Made by a program: the position numbers and the translations under genes. Below, piece after piece: positions 1-10,894 of a DNA stretch of 55,029 nt (positions are counted from its first letter, which is position 1; each line of letters opens with the position of its first letter). The notes beneath the pieces were generated by a model. It did no database searches. It was not told the origin of the DNA and saw only the letters and a program-made list of their open reading frames with translations. Origin of the DNA: an uncultured bacterium (GTDB taxonomy: Bacteria; Krumholzibacteriota; Krumholzibacteriia; Krumholzibacteriales; Krumholzibacteriaceae); NCBI GenBank assembly GCA_965371515.1, contig CBDUYR010000016.1, positions 1-55,029 on the forward strand. Reading direction: 5' to 3'.

Positions 1-1490
1 CTGCCATGCAATTCGACGGCCTCTTCGTACAGCTTGAAGACCTCCATCGAAGCGGTCTGTGCATCGGGTCTGATCTTCCGACGCTTCAGACCCTCGACGT
101 TCTCACCAAGATAGACCAGCAGGCTGTCGCCGATACGCTCCATCGCCTGGAACATCCCCGCGTCGTCCTCTGATGTTTCGTGTATCGAATAGAGGATATT
201 CCTGGTCTCAGTCTCATAGACGTTGATATGGACGGCGTAGCCGCCGAAAACCAGGGTAACATTCCCTCCGACATATGCTTCGGCTCCAATCCTGTATGCG
301 AGTTGCCTTGCTGTTTCACCCGAGATCTCGGTCGTATCGGGAAGCATCGCCTGTTTCAGGCCCACGATCATGTTTTCCCGGGAGAGTGGAGTGACCACCC
401 TCGATTCGCTGACCGAACTCACCACCCGCCCGCGTACGACTGATGCCACCCCTGGATTATCCTCGGGGCCCTCAAAGTCCGAGATAAGGACCCAGTTCCT
501 GACCGGCGCGTCTGAAATCCAGGATAAGTCTTCGGATTCGACTGCGGTATCCGTTCCTTTTGTCATCTGCTGCCATATCAGCACTGAGGCGATAATGACG
601 AGGATTGCGGCGGAGAGAATCAGCGATAATCTTCTTCTCCGCGATCTTGCAGGTGCAGAAGGTGCAGTATAAGTGCTCCGGCCCAGGCATCTTTCCAACG
701 CCCTCTTCAGTTCTTCGGCTGACTCATACCTTTCAGAGGGTTCCTTCGCCAGGGAGCGACTGATCAATTGACCAGCTGCGGAACACTCCAGACTGACCTC
801 TTCCGGCAGTTCTTCCGGCTCCTCGTGCACGATCCCGTAGAGAAGCGCCGCCTCGTGTTCGCCACGGAAGGGGAGCCGGCCGGCAAGCATCTCGTAGAGG
901 ATCACGCCGAGAGAGAAGATATCGGAGCGGCCGTCGGTCTCCAGCCCCTGGGCCTGCTCCGGAGACATGTACGCAGCGGTCCCGAGAGTTGTACCCTCTC
1001 TGGTAAGCCTTGATCTACCCTCGAGCTTAGCCAGTCCGAAATCGACGATTTTGACCTCGCCGTCGCTGCTGAACAGGATGTTCGAGGGCTTGATGTCGCG
1101 ATGCACGATCCCGCCCCTGTGGGCCTTGTCGAGACCCGTTGCAATCGAGGAGCAGATCTTCAGGGTTTCTTCGACAGAGAGTCCGCTCCTGTCGATCCTC
1201 TCTCGGAGGGTCTCGCCCTCGTAGTAGGCCATCGCGATGAATGTAAGGCCCTCGTCCGTGGTGTCGATCTCATAGATCGTGCCGATATTTGGATGGTCGA
1301 GTGCGGATGCCGCCCTGGCCTCGTGGATGAAGCGTTTTGTCGCTTCAGCGTCACGGCTCAGGTGTCCGGGAAGTACCTTGATCGCTACCATACGGTCGAG
1401 ATTGACGTCACGGGCCTTGTAGACTATGCCCATTCCGCCTTCGCCGACCTTTTCGATTATCGTGTAATGAGAGATCGTTTCGCCTATCAT
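1..1490 (-). CDS. Membrane-anchored Hanks-type Ser/Thr protein kinase (3' end runs off the window)
   Basis: Manual translation from ATG 1490: MIGETISHY..GEGGMG, VAIK, HPNI, HRDIKPSN, DFGLAK, GTAAYMSPE, SDIFSLG. Then a TM helix (LSLILSAAILVIIASVLIW) and an extracytoplasmic domain. Absent from the ORF track because no stop lies in the window. Confidence 0.95.
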   Translation of the reverse strand, partial: MIGETISHYTIIEKVGEGGMGIVYKARDVNLDRMVAIKVLPGHLSRDAEATKRFIHEARAASALDHPNIGTIYEIDTTDEGLTFIAMAYYEGETLRERIDRSGLSVEETLKICSSIATGLDKAHRGGIVHRDIKPSNILFSSDGEVKIVDFGLAKLEGRSRLTREGTTLGTAAYMSPEQAQGLETDGRSDIFSLGVILYEMLAGRLPFRGEHEAALLYGIVHEEPEELPEEVSLECSAAGQLISRSLAKEPSERYESAEELKRALERCLGRSTYTAPSAPARSRRRRLSLILSAAILVIIASVLIWQQMTKGTDTAVESEDLSWISDAPVRNWVLISDFEGPEDNPGVASVVRGRVVSSVSESRVVTPLSRENMIVGLKQAMLPDTTEISGETARQLAYRIGAEAYVGGNVTLVFGGYAVHINVYETETRNILYSIHETSEDDAGMFQAMERIGDSLLVYLGENVEGLKRRKIRPDAQTASMEVFKLYEEAVELHG

Positions 1491-1571
1491 ATCCCCGAAA
1501 TAATATCACGAAGATATAGAATCCTGTAAACTCTATATTCATTATTACTTCAATATAATCTTCATTTCCCT

Positions 1572-1597
1572 TTGAACGGTGTGGCGTTTCAGGCGTA
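1572..1597 (+). promoter_or_regulatory. Putative ECF-sigma (autoregulatory) promoter TTGAAC-N16-CGTA
   Basis: Resembles the SigW-type TGAAAC-N16-CGTA consensus and lies directly upstream of the ECF gene. Confidence 0.5.
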
Positions 1598-1638
1598 TTG
1601 GACTATAGAATGAAGCTGGAATCAAAGAAGGCGATGAT

Positions 1639-2196
1639 ATGGACCTGGAATTCTCAATGAAGGAAAATATTACCGGACGGGAAGAGAGGTTCGAGACTCT
1701 CGTGACCAGGTATGCAAAGCCACTTCTGGCCATGGCCTACCGGTTCACATTCGACTGGGAGAGCGCGAAGGATGTCTGCCAGGACACATGGCTCAGGGTC
1801 TACGAGAAGATATCGATGTACGACGGGCGGGTGCCGTTCGAGCGCTGGCTGTTCGCCGTACACCGGAATGTCTGCCTCAGTTTTCTGAGAAAGAGAAAAA
1901 GGCGAAGAGAGGACGGGCCCGGAGCCAGTGAGACGGCACAGGACAGATTCGTTTCCAGGGAAACTGCTCCGGATAAAGGTGCCGAACTCGCACAGACAAG
2001 GGAGAGGATCCTCGAGGCGGCTTCACTCCTGCCTGACAGGCAGAGGGCTGTATTCGCCATGATAGACCTCGAACAGATGACTATAGATGAGGCGGCCGGG
2101 ATACTCGGCATCAAGCCCGTTTCGATACGGACGAACCTGTATCACGCAAGGAAGAGGATCGCGGGGATCCTTCGGGGATCGGAGGAGACGATATGA
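1639..2196 (+). CDS. ECF RNA polymerase sigma factor (sigma70 group IV)
   Basis: Region 2 (AKDVCQDTWLRVY, FERWLF) and region 4 (LPDRQRAVF..EAAGILGI..SIRTNLYHARKRI). Start could be ATG 1657. Confidence 0.93.
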   Translation: MDLEFSMKENITGREERFETLVTRYAKPLLAMAYRFTFDWESAKDVCQDTWLRVYEKISMYDGRVPFERWLFAVHRNVCLSFLRKRKRRREDGPGASETAQDRFVSRETAPDKGAELAQTRERILEAASLLPDRQRAVFAMIDLEQMTIDEAAGILGIKPVSIRTNLYHARKRIAGILRGSEETI

Positions 2197-2951
2197 GTAA
2201 TAAAATGACATGCGAGAATTTCAATGCTGGGCTGACCGATTTCGCGCTCGGAAGGTCGGGCGCGGCAGATACCGCAGCGATGGAGGAGCATCTCGCCTCG
2301 TGCGCCGCATGCCGGGAGATATTCGAGATAAAGAAGGCGCTGATCTTCGATCCGTGTGATTCGGAAGAGCAGGTGCCCGGGGATGTAGAAAGGGCACTGG
2401 TTGAAGCGGTGATATCCGATGTTGCGGCCGCCAGGGAATCAGGACGGTCCCGGCGCTCGTGGGCGTCACGGTACATGATGCCGGCAATGGCAGCAGCCCT
2501 CGTCATATTCGTTTTTCTAACAGGTTTCATGCTGAGCGAGATACGGAGCCTTCACAGGGAAGCGGGAGAACTCCGTGCTGATGTCGCCGGGATGGAGACG
2601 ACACTGGCGGGAAGGGGAGAGACCTGGGGAGGTCCGGTATTCGGACGCCTTGCCGGCGGCCTCCAATCTGCCCCCGGTGGTATGACCATCGGAGAGGCTG
2701 CGCGTTTTCTCGAGTTGCTGCCTGCAGACACCCCGGTACTCAGCGAGGGAGAGGCCAAGCGTCTCATCGCGGAGAACCGCAGACTGAGAAGGCTTGCCGG
2801 ATATATGGAAGAAAGACCGTGGGAGGGAGGCCTTACATCGGGCGAACTTCTGCTCGTGATCATCAATCTCGATATTGCCCCGGACACGAGGATCCCAGAT
2901 GAATGGCGTGATACTTACGGAAGAGCGAAGAATGCGAAAGAGGATATATAA
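2193..2951 (+). CDS. Zinc-binding (ZAS / zf-HC2) transmembrane anti-sigma factor
   Basis: HLASCAAC (HxxxCxxC) motif, one TM helix, 4-nt overlap with the sigma gene. Confidence 0.85.
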   Translation: MSNKMTCENFNAGLTDFALGRSGAADTAAMEEHLASCAACREIFEIKKALIFDPCDSEEQVPGDVERALVEAVISDVAAARESGRSRRSWASRYMMPAMAAALVIFVFLTGFMLSEIRSLHREAGELRADVAGMETTLAGRGETWGGPVFGRLAGGLQSAPGGMTIGEAARFLELLPADTPVLSEGEAKRLIAENRRLRRLAGYMEERPWEGGLTSGELLLVIINLDIAPDTRIPDEWRDTYGRAKNAKEDI

Positions 2952-2970
2952 AACGGATGGAGGCAAAATC

Positions 2971-3903
2971 ATGATGAGAAGAAAGCTCAGATACATCGCG
3001 GTTGCGGGGCTGCTGGTCCTGACTTTGGCCGGATGCAACGAATACAGGGTGGAGACGACGGTCAGGGATGACGGCAGCGGGACGAGGAAGATGATCTTTA
3101 CAATGGACCCGAATCAGGATGAGATGGCGGAGCTGGACGAAGAAGGTTACGCGAGGCTGTTCGGTATCGAACCCAATAGTGAGTGGGAGATGCAGACCAC
3201 CACGGAAGGCAAGAAGTCATTCAGGCTCGAGAGTGCCATCGCCGGTGTCGATGACTGGTCCAAACTCGATGGATCGATCTCTGTCATGGGTACGCTCGAG
3301 GAGAGCGATTATGCCGGAGTCTTCTTTACGAACTCGGTCAGCCTGGAGACGGGCCATACACCCGGAGGCAGCAGTTATACCTACAGGGAAGGCTTCCGCT
3401 GGACCGGACTGATCGAGACTGTGGTTGGCTTCCAGGCCGATGCCTACGCGAGACGGATGAAGAAGGACTTTCCACATCTCGACGACGAGGAGATCGCCGA
3501 ACTTCGTGGAGTCATGGCGGGGCATCTGCTCGTCGGTGTACGTTTTCTCGATATCTGGAATGATGAGAATGACGACCTGCCTCTGATCGCACACTCCGCC
3601 GGCAAAGCCGCTGAGGCCATCGTGAGGAAGGCAGGGAGGAATGTCGCAATCGAGCACGTATACGAAGTCGCGAGGATCTATGTCGGAGACGAGGATTCAG
3701 TTCTGGAGGGATTTCTCGAGAAGAATCTGCCAGGAGTCATATACGCGGGTCTGACCGACGTGAAGATCAGAATCATGATGCCAGGCAAGGTCGTAGATAC
3801 CAACGGCCGGGTCATGGATGACGGGTCCGTCGAATGGAAGATGGATCTGCTGAAAGCGCTGGGAAACGAGATAGTGTTTCACGTCAGATCCGAGAGCCAG
3901 TGA
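2971..3903 (+). CDS. Lipoprotein, LppM-like
   Basis: GGAGG RBS, signal peptide with lipobox LAGC, TVRDDGSG and MPGKVVDTNG..VEW motifs. Confidence 0.7.
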   Translation: MMRRKLRYIAVAGLLVLTLAGCNEYRVETTVRDDGSGTRKMIFTMDPNQDEMAELDEEGYARLFGIEPNSEWEMQTTTEGKKSFRLESAIAGVDDWSKLDGSISVMGTLEESDYAGVFFTNSVSLETGHTPGGSSYTYREGFRWTGLIETVVGFQADAYARRMKKDFPHLDDEEIAELRGVMAGHLLVGVRFLDIWNDENDDLPLIAHSAGKAAEAIVRKAGRNVAIEHVYEVARIYVGDEDSVLEGFLEKNLPGVIYAGLTDVKIRIMMPGKVVDTNGRVMDDGSVEWKMDLLKALGNEIVFHVRSESQ

Positions 3904-3916
3904 TTTTGAATACGGA

Positions 3917-3947
3917 AAGGGGAGCTTCCTCACGGGTAGCTCCCCTT
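3917..3947. terminator. Hairpin terminator between convergent genes
   Basis: AAGGGGAGCT...AGCTCCCCTT inverted repeat. Confidence 0.75.
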
Positions 3948-3973
3948 GTCCGCCGCTGGTCTTCCCGTCCACG

Positions 3974-4402
3974 TCAAACCTGGGCAATCTCTCCTACTTT
4001 GATATCCTTGCATGCCTCCGAGACTATGAATATTCTGTCGTTGTTGCATTCCGGATCTACCGGGAGGAGGAAAAATCCCTTTTTATCCTCACTGTAGCCG
4101 AGACTTATTCCTCTGATTATCTCGCCGTCGTTGAAGACGACCCTCATTTTCAAACCGCGAAACCTCGACTCGTCGACCTGCTCGAAGAACTTCTTTTCGA
4201 CATAGGAATGGTCTCCATCGAAAGTCTTGACAAAAAAGATCGCCTTCAGCTGCGAGATATTGATCTCCTTTATCTCTCCGCTGCCGTCCTCGAGCGTAAG
4301 GTGGAACGAATCCTTCAGAGGTGTGAAATCGTGCGTGTATCCCTTCTGGAGGTTTCCGTCACGAAAATGAATGACTACCTGGTTCCTGATCTTGTTTGAC
4401 AT
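3974..4402 (-). CDS. Conserved hypothetical protein (DUF6982-like, internally duplicated)
   Basis: Two similar halves (VVIHFRDGNLQKGY / MRVVFNDGEIIRGI); LKAIFFVK and GFFLLPVDP motifs. Confidence 0.75.
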   Translation of the reverse strand: MSNKIRNQVVIHFRDGNLQKGYTHDFTPLKDSFHLTLEDGSGEIKEINISQLKAIFFVKTFDGDHSYVEKKFFEQVDESRFRGLKMRVVFNDGEIIRGISLGYSEDKKGFFLLPVDPECNNDRIFIVSEACKDIKVGEIAQV

Positions 4403-4591
4403 CTCTTTCCCCCGTTTATCCGACGCCGTACGGCATCATTCCTTTCGATATCCGGTAGATTTTCTGGCAATATAAGCCTTTTTTCCTGTTCCTCTTCAGT
4501 CGATACTGAATCAGTTCAAGAAACGTTCCACATCACATTTCCTTTTCCCGCGTTTCAGCGATTGTGCTATCTTGTCGTTGAGAATGGAATT

Positions 4592-4676
4592 GCCGGGGTG
4601 GCGGAACTGGTAGACGCAGCGGACTTAAAATCCGCTGGAGCGTGGCTTCGTGCGGGTTCGAGTCCCGCCCCCGGCA
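4592..4676 (+). tRNA. tRNA-Leu(TAA), CCA not encoded
   Basis: GCCGGGG acceptor stem, D-loop TGGTAGAC, anticodon loop CT-TAA-AA, long variable arm, GGTTCGAGTCC. Confidence 0.97.
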
Positions 4677-4725
4677 TTTGGTTTCAACCATCCGGCGACA
4701 GGCCCATATGACAGGTCAGTAAGAG

Positions 4726-6093
4726 ATGAGCGGCAAACGCAGAATATCACTCGACAGGGAGCTGTTTCCCTGGGAGGAGGAAATCCTCGAGAGGTGCGAG
4801 CTTTACCTCGTGGGTGGCGTCGTTCGCGACCTTTTTCTTGGCAGGGCCCACGAGACGCTCGATTTTGACTATATCGTATCGGGCATAGATGAGGATGATC
4901 TCCTCGCGCTGCTCGGGGAGATCGGCAGGGCCGACCTGGTCGGAAAATCGTTCGGTGTGATAAAATTCAGGACTCCCGAGGATCTCACCGTAGATATCGC
5001 CCTTCCGAGAACAGAGGTCTCTACAGGACCGGGGCACAGGGACTTCAAGGTCGTATCCGATCCGGACCTTCCGGTGGCCTCCGATCTGGAGCGCAGGGAT
5101 TTCACGATAAACTCGATGGCTCTGAGCCTGAGGGACTTCAAGCTGGTCGATCCACTCGGTGGAGCCAAGGACCTCGAGAAGAGGATACTGCGGGTGAACA
5201 GGGATACCTCCTTCGTTGAGGATCCCCTGAGGATACTGAGGGGCGTACAGTTCATGGGGAGGTTCGATCTCGAAGTGGAGCGCGGGACGAAAGCGCTGAT
5301 GGAGAGGGACAGGGATCTTCTCGAAACGGTCTCGATGGAGCGAGTAAAGGCTGAGCTGAACAAGATGATGCTCCTTGCCGACAGGCCGAGCGTCGGTTAC
5401 ATTTTCATGCACGAGACGGGTATCCTGCCTCTTGTCATTCCAGAACTCGAGGTCACCTGGGGTATCGAGCAGAACGAATTCCACCCGGACGACGTCTTCC
5501 ATCACAGTATCAAGAGCTGCGATTTCGCGGAGAAGGAGCTCCTGATACGGTGGTGCGCGCTTCTCCACGATCTGGGAAAGCCGAAGATGAAGATGGAGCA
5601 CGAAGGGCGAACGGTTTTTTACGGGCACGAGGAAGAGAGCGCGAGGCTCGCCGGGGAGATTCTCACAAGACTCGTATTCCCCGTCTCGTTCGTGAACAGC
5701 GCGAAGCATCTGATAGCCAATCACATGTTCATGATCACCGAGGAGTGGTCGGACTCAGCGGTGAGAAGGTTTATCGCGAGGGTAGGACCTGACAATCTCG
5801 ACGATCTCTTCGAGATAAGAAAAGCTGATGGGGGTTCGAGGGGCGACAGGGGGATCGGGGAAGAGGTCGAGTATTCGAGAACCCGTGTCGATAATGTGAT
5901 GCGCGAGGAAACCGCGTTCAAGAGAAACGATCTCGCCGTTACCGGCGCCGATGTAATGGAGATCGCAGGGATAGAGACCGGCCCGGAGGTAGGCGTGATA
6001 CTCGACGGGCTGCTCGAGGCGGTGCTTGACCATCCGGAATACAACAGCAGGGAGAAACTGGTAGAGCTGATAAAATCGAGGAAGGGGACATGA
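4726..6093 (+). CDS. cca: CCA tRNA nucleotidyltransferase with HD domain
   Basis: YLVGGVVRD..DFD, RRDFTINSMA, EDPLRILR and LLHDLGKP motifs. Confidence 0.9.
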   Translation: MSGKRRISLDRELFPWEEEILERCELYLVGGVVRDLFLGRAHETLDFDYIVSGIDEDDLLALLGEIGRADLVGKSFGVIKFRTPEDLTVDIALPRTEVSTGPGHRDFKVVSDPDLPVASDLERRDFTINSMALSLRDFKLVDPLGGAKDLEKRILRVNRDTSFVEDPLRILRGVQFMGRFDLEVERGTKALMERDRDLLETVSMERVKAELNKMMLLADRPSVGYIFMHETGILPLVIPELEVTWGIEQNEFHPDDVFHHSIKSCDFAEKELLIRWCALLHDLGKPKMKMEHEGRTVFYGHEEESARLAGEILTRLVFPVSFVNSAKHLIANHMFMITEEWSDSAVRRFIARVGPDNLDDLFEIRKADGGSRGDRGIGEEVEYSRTRVDNVMREETAFKRNDLAVTGADVMEIAGIETGPEVGVILDGLLEAVLDHPEYNSREKLVELIKSRKGT

Positions 6094-6096
6094 AAT

Positions 6097-6198
6097 GAGG
6101 CGGGCTCCCGCAACCTGGTGTCAGGGGTTTTGCTCGACCTGAACCGGCCGAGTAAGACCGTTAGGGGCAAAGGGTAATCACGGGAACCCTCCCCGTCT
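6097..6198 (-). ncRNA. Candidate novel structured small RNA (~100 nt)
   Basis: Follows a TTGACA-17-TATATT promoter. A 17-bp terminal stem with G-U pairs forms better on the minus strand. Two internal hairpins. No plausible ORF. Confidence 0.6.
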
Positions 6199-6204
6199 GA
6201 CTTC

Positions 6205-6233
6205 AATATAGGGAGAAATACCTATGCTGTCAA
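6205..6233 (-). promoter_or_regulatory. Sigma70 promoter TTGACA-N17-TATATT
   Basis: Near-consensus match read directly on the minus strand. Confidence 0.8.
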
Positions 6234-6296
6234 GACCGGAATCTTTATAAATTATACGAGTACGTTCGTCTCGGGAAGGATCAATCGGACAGGATA

Positions 6297-6608
6297 ATGA
6301 AGGAACTCGAAAAACTCATAAAGGATCTCAGGAAGCAGCTTCTGCCGTATCATCACGACCACGATCTGGAAAGCGGCAGAAAACGCTGGGGGGTGGGAGA
6401 TGAGGAATACCTCACATCATGGCTTGTTCAGCATCTGACGATGTGCCGCGATAGGAATCGCTGCTATAAGCGCGGGAGATGCGTCTATTACGACTACGGT
6501 GATCTAGCAAGGCGTAATTACGAAATATGCTATGACTTTCTTCTGAGGATGGAGAGCGGCGATATATCCTGTCGTTTCACAGAGGGTTCGGATGATTCCT
6601 CGGAATGA
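6297..6608 (+). CDS. Hypothetical Cys-rich small protein
   Basis: 103-aa ORF with AGGA RBS and five Cys. No family recognised. Confidence 0.6.
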   Translation: MKELEKLIKDLRKQLLPYHHDHDLESGRKRWGVGDEEYLTSWLVQHLTMCRDRNRCYKRGRCVYYDYGDLARRNYEICYDFLLRMESGDISCRFTEGSDDSSE

Positions 6609-6758
6609 TTCAAATAGCGGCCTGCCAGAATATGTCATTATGGCAGATATGACAGGCCCTACTGCCAGCGTTTTTTGAGCGGAAACGAATTTCCTCAATC
6701 AGCCATCCTAATTTCTTTGATTTCAATAGGTTAAAAAAGATTATAATCTTATCGGTTA

Positions 6759-6774
6759 TGGCACATATATTGAT
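6759..6774 (+). promoter_or_regulatory. Putative sigma54 promoter of dnaK (TGGCAC-ATATA-TTGA)
   Basis: Perfect -24 box with a GA variant at -12. IHF-like site at 6721-6733 and an inverted repeat at 6633-6654 upstream. Confidence 0.55.
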
Positions 6775-6825
6775 ATATTATGTAACTGGTTGGTAATAAA
6801 TGAAATAAACTTTATGAAGGAGTGA

Positions 6826-8754
<1,929 letters not shown>

Positions 8755-8770
8755 CCGCTTGAAAATACGG

Positions 8771-8799
8771 TTGCAATAGCGAATATCGGTTACTATAAT
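8771..8799 (+). promoter_or_regulatory. Sigma70 promoter TTGCAA-N17-TATAAT for tRNA-Val/thrS
   Basis: Near-consensus match about 20 nt upstream of the tRNA. Confidence 0.8.
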
Positions 8800-8820
8800 A
8801 CTGCCTGAAGATTGCAGGGT

Positions 8821-8897
8821 GGGCGATTAGCTCAGATGGTTAGAGTACTTGCTTGACATGCAAGGGGTCACTGGTTCAATTCCAGTATCGCCCACCA
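8821..8897 (+). tRNA. tRNA-Val(GAC), CCA encoded
   Basis: GGGCGAT/ATCGCCC acceptor stem, TT-GAC-AT anticodon loop, GGTTCAATTCC, ends ACCA. Confidence 0.97.
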
Positions 8898-8945
8898 TTC
8901 AACTGCAACAAATTCGACTTTCCCTTCAGGGTGGATAATCTGGAC

Positions 8946-10871
8946 ATGATTGAGATCACTTATCCGGACGGATCGAAGCAGGAAATCGCCGACGGCACCC
9001 CGATTATGGAGATAGTCTCGGGGCTGCCCCAGTCGGTCAGGAAAAAGGCGATAGCGGCGCGTATCGGCGGCCGCATCTATGACCTCCTGCAAACGGTCGA
9101 GGAGGGCGGTGACTTCGAGATCATTCTGGCAGGATCGGAGGGTTCGCTCGACGAGCTAAGGCACAGCTCCTCCCACCTGATGGCGCTGGCCGTTCAGAAA
9201 CTCTTCCCCGGCGTGAAGTTCGCCATCGGCCCGTCGATCAGGGACGGATTCTATTATGACTTCCTGCTCGACAGGCGATTGACTCCCGAGGATCTTGAGT
9301 TGATCGAGAAGAAGATGAAGGAACTCCTCGCGGCGGGCGGCCTGAAATTCGAACGTGAGGTCCTTCCAAGAGACGAGGCGATCGCTCTTTTTAAGAAGCT
9401 GGATCAACCGTTCAAGGTCGAACTGATAAACGATCTCGATGTTGACGAGGTGTCGATATACAGGTTGGGGGAATTCACTGACCTCTGCGTCGGCCCTCAC
9501 GTTCCGGACGTGAAGCTCCTGAAGAACTACAAACTGACATCGCTGGCCGGCGCCTACTGGCGCGGTGACGAGAATAGGGAGATGCTGCAGAGGATCTACG
9601 GCACTTGCTTCTTCAGCGCGGATGATCTCCAGGCCGAGCTCGATCGCCGCGAAGAGGCGAAGAAGCGCGATCACCGCAAACTTGGACCCCAGCTCGGACT
9701 CTTCGATATAAAGGAGGAGGCGGGTGGCGGTCTGGTCTTCTGGTACCCGAAGGGATATTACCTCCGCGAGACGATAGAGAACTACTGGAAGGAACTGCAC
9801 AGGCGCAATGGCTATGACGTTGTAATGACCCCTCACATCGCCGACAGTAAGCTCTGGCAGACGTCGGGCCACCTGGACTTCTACAGGGAGAACATGTTCA
9901 TCATCAGCGGCGATGATGAACAGGAATTCGTACTCAAGCCGATGAACTGTCCGTACCACGTCCTGATGTACAAGAGCCGCATCCACAGTTACAGGGATCT
10001 TCCGATCAGGTATGCCGAGCTCGGAACAGTCTATCGGAACGAGCGTTCGGGAACCCTTCACGGTCTGCTCAGGGTGCGCGGCTTCACACAGGACGATGCC
10101 CACATATTCTGCACGCCGGAGCAGCTGGACGAAGAAATCGACAAGTGCTTCGATCTCGCACACGAGATACTGACTACCTTCGGATTCCACGATTACAAGG
10201 TGGAACTCAGCACCCACGACCCGGAGAACATGGAGAAGTACGCCGGCTCGGAGCAGGAATGGCAGATGGCCGAGGCCGCAATGCTGAAGGCCATAGAGAA
10301 GAGGGGCATCCCCTTCGAGAAGATGCCGGGAGAGGCTGTGTTCTACGGCCCGAAAATCGACCTGAAGCTGATCGACGCGATCGGGAGGGGCTGGCAGGCC
10401 ACTACGATCCAGTTCGATTTCAACCTTCCCCGCCGGTTCGATGTCAAGTACGTGACCAGCGAGGGAAACAAGGAATATGTCTACATGATCCACAGGGCAC
10501 TTCTGGGCTCTATAGAGAGGTTCATCGGCACGCTTACCGAGCATTACGCGGGGGCGTTTCCCCTCTGGCTCGCTCCGTTGCAGGTCGTAGTCATACCGGT
10601 CTCCCCCGACCAGGCAGACTATGCCAGGGAGAGTGTCGAAAAGCTCATCTCGGCGGGAATCAGGGCCGAGGCCGACCTGCGTGACGAGAAGCTCGGCTAC
10701 CGGATAAGAGACGCAGAGGTCAAGAAGGTCCCGTACATGGCCGTCGCCGGGAAGAAGGAGCTCGATGAGGGAACCCTCGACATAAGGTCGAAGAAGAAAG
10801 GACGCCTCGGGGCCAGAAAACTCGATGAACTCATCGAGGAACTGGTTGACGAGATAGAGAAAAAAGCATAA
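8946..10871 (+). CDS. thrS: Threonine--tRNA ligase
   Basis: TGS domain, LRHSSSH, RDHRKLG, KPMNCP, HRALLGSIERF. Start moved to ATG 8946, downstream of the tRNA. Confidence 0.98.
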   Translation: MIEITYPDGSKQEIADGTPIMEIVSGLPQSVRKKAIAARIGGRIYDLLQTVEEGGDFEIILAGSEGSLDELRHSSSHLMALAVQKLFPGVKFAIGPSIRDGFYYDFLLDRRLTPEDLELIEKKMKELLAAGGLKFEREVLPRDEAIALFKKLDQPFKVELINDLDVDEVSIYRLGEFTDLCVGPHVPDVKLLKNYKLTSLAGAYWRGDENREMLQRIYGTCFFSADDLQAELDRREEAKKRDHRKLGPQLGLFDIKEEAGGGLVFWYPKGYYLRETIENYWKELHRRNGYDVVMTPHIADSKLWQTSGHLDFYRENMFIISGDDEQEFVLKPMNCPYHVLMYKSRIHSYRDLPIRYAELGTVYRNERSGTLHGLLRVRGFTQDDAHIFCTPEQLDEEIDKCFDLAHEILTTFGFHDYKVELSTHDPENMEKYAGSEQEWQMAEAAMLKAIEKRGIPFEKMPGEAVFYGPKIDLKLIDAIGRGWQATTIQFDFNLPRRFDVKYVTSEGNKEYVYMIHRALLGSIERFIGTLTEHYAGAFPLWLAPLQVVVIPVSPDQADYARESVEKLISAGIRAEADLRDEKLGYRIRDAEVKKVPYMAVAGKKELDEGTLDIRSKKKGRLGARKLDELIEELVDEIEKKA

Positions 10872-10894
10872 TATTAATGAAAATCAGGTTTCGA

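Noticed and set aside
6097..6198. SRP 4.5S RNA or TPP riboswitch identity for the first ncRNA candidate
   Set aside because: CAGG and AGCA are separated by only 3 nt with no GNRA stem-loop, so it is not SRP helix 8. The plus-strand ACCTGAACCGG lacks the TPP CUGAGA motif.
8853..8945. Upstream thrS start given by the ORF track
   Set aside because: It begins inside tRNA-Val; ATG 8946 fits the TGS domain start.
9156..10544. Long antisense ORFs (also 4747-5724, 6871-7692, 41822-42805, 51556-52593)
   Set aside because: Shadow frames opposite well-supported genes, expected in GC-rich DNA.
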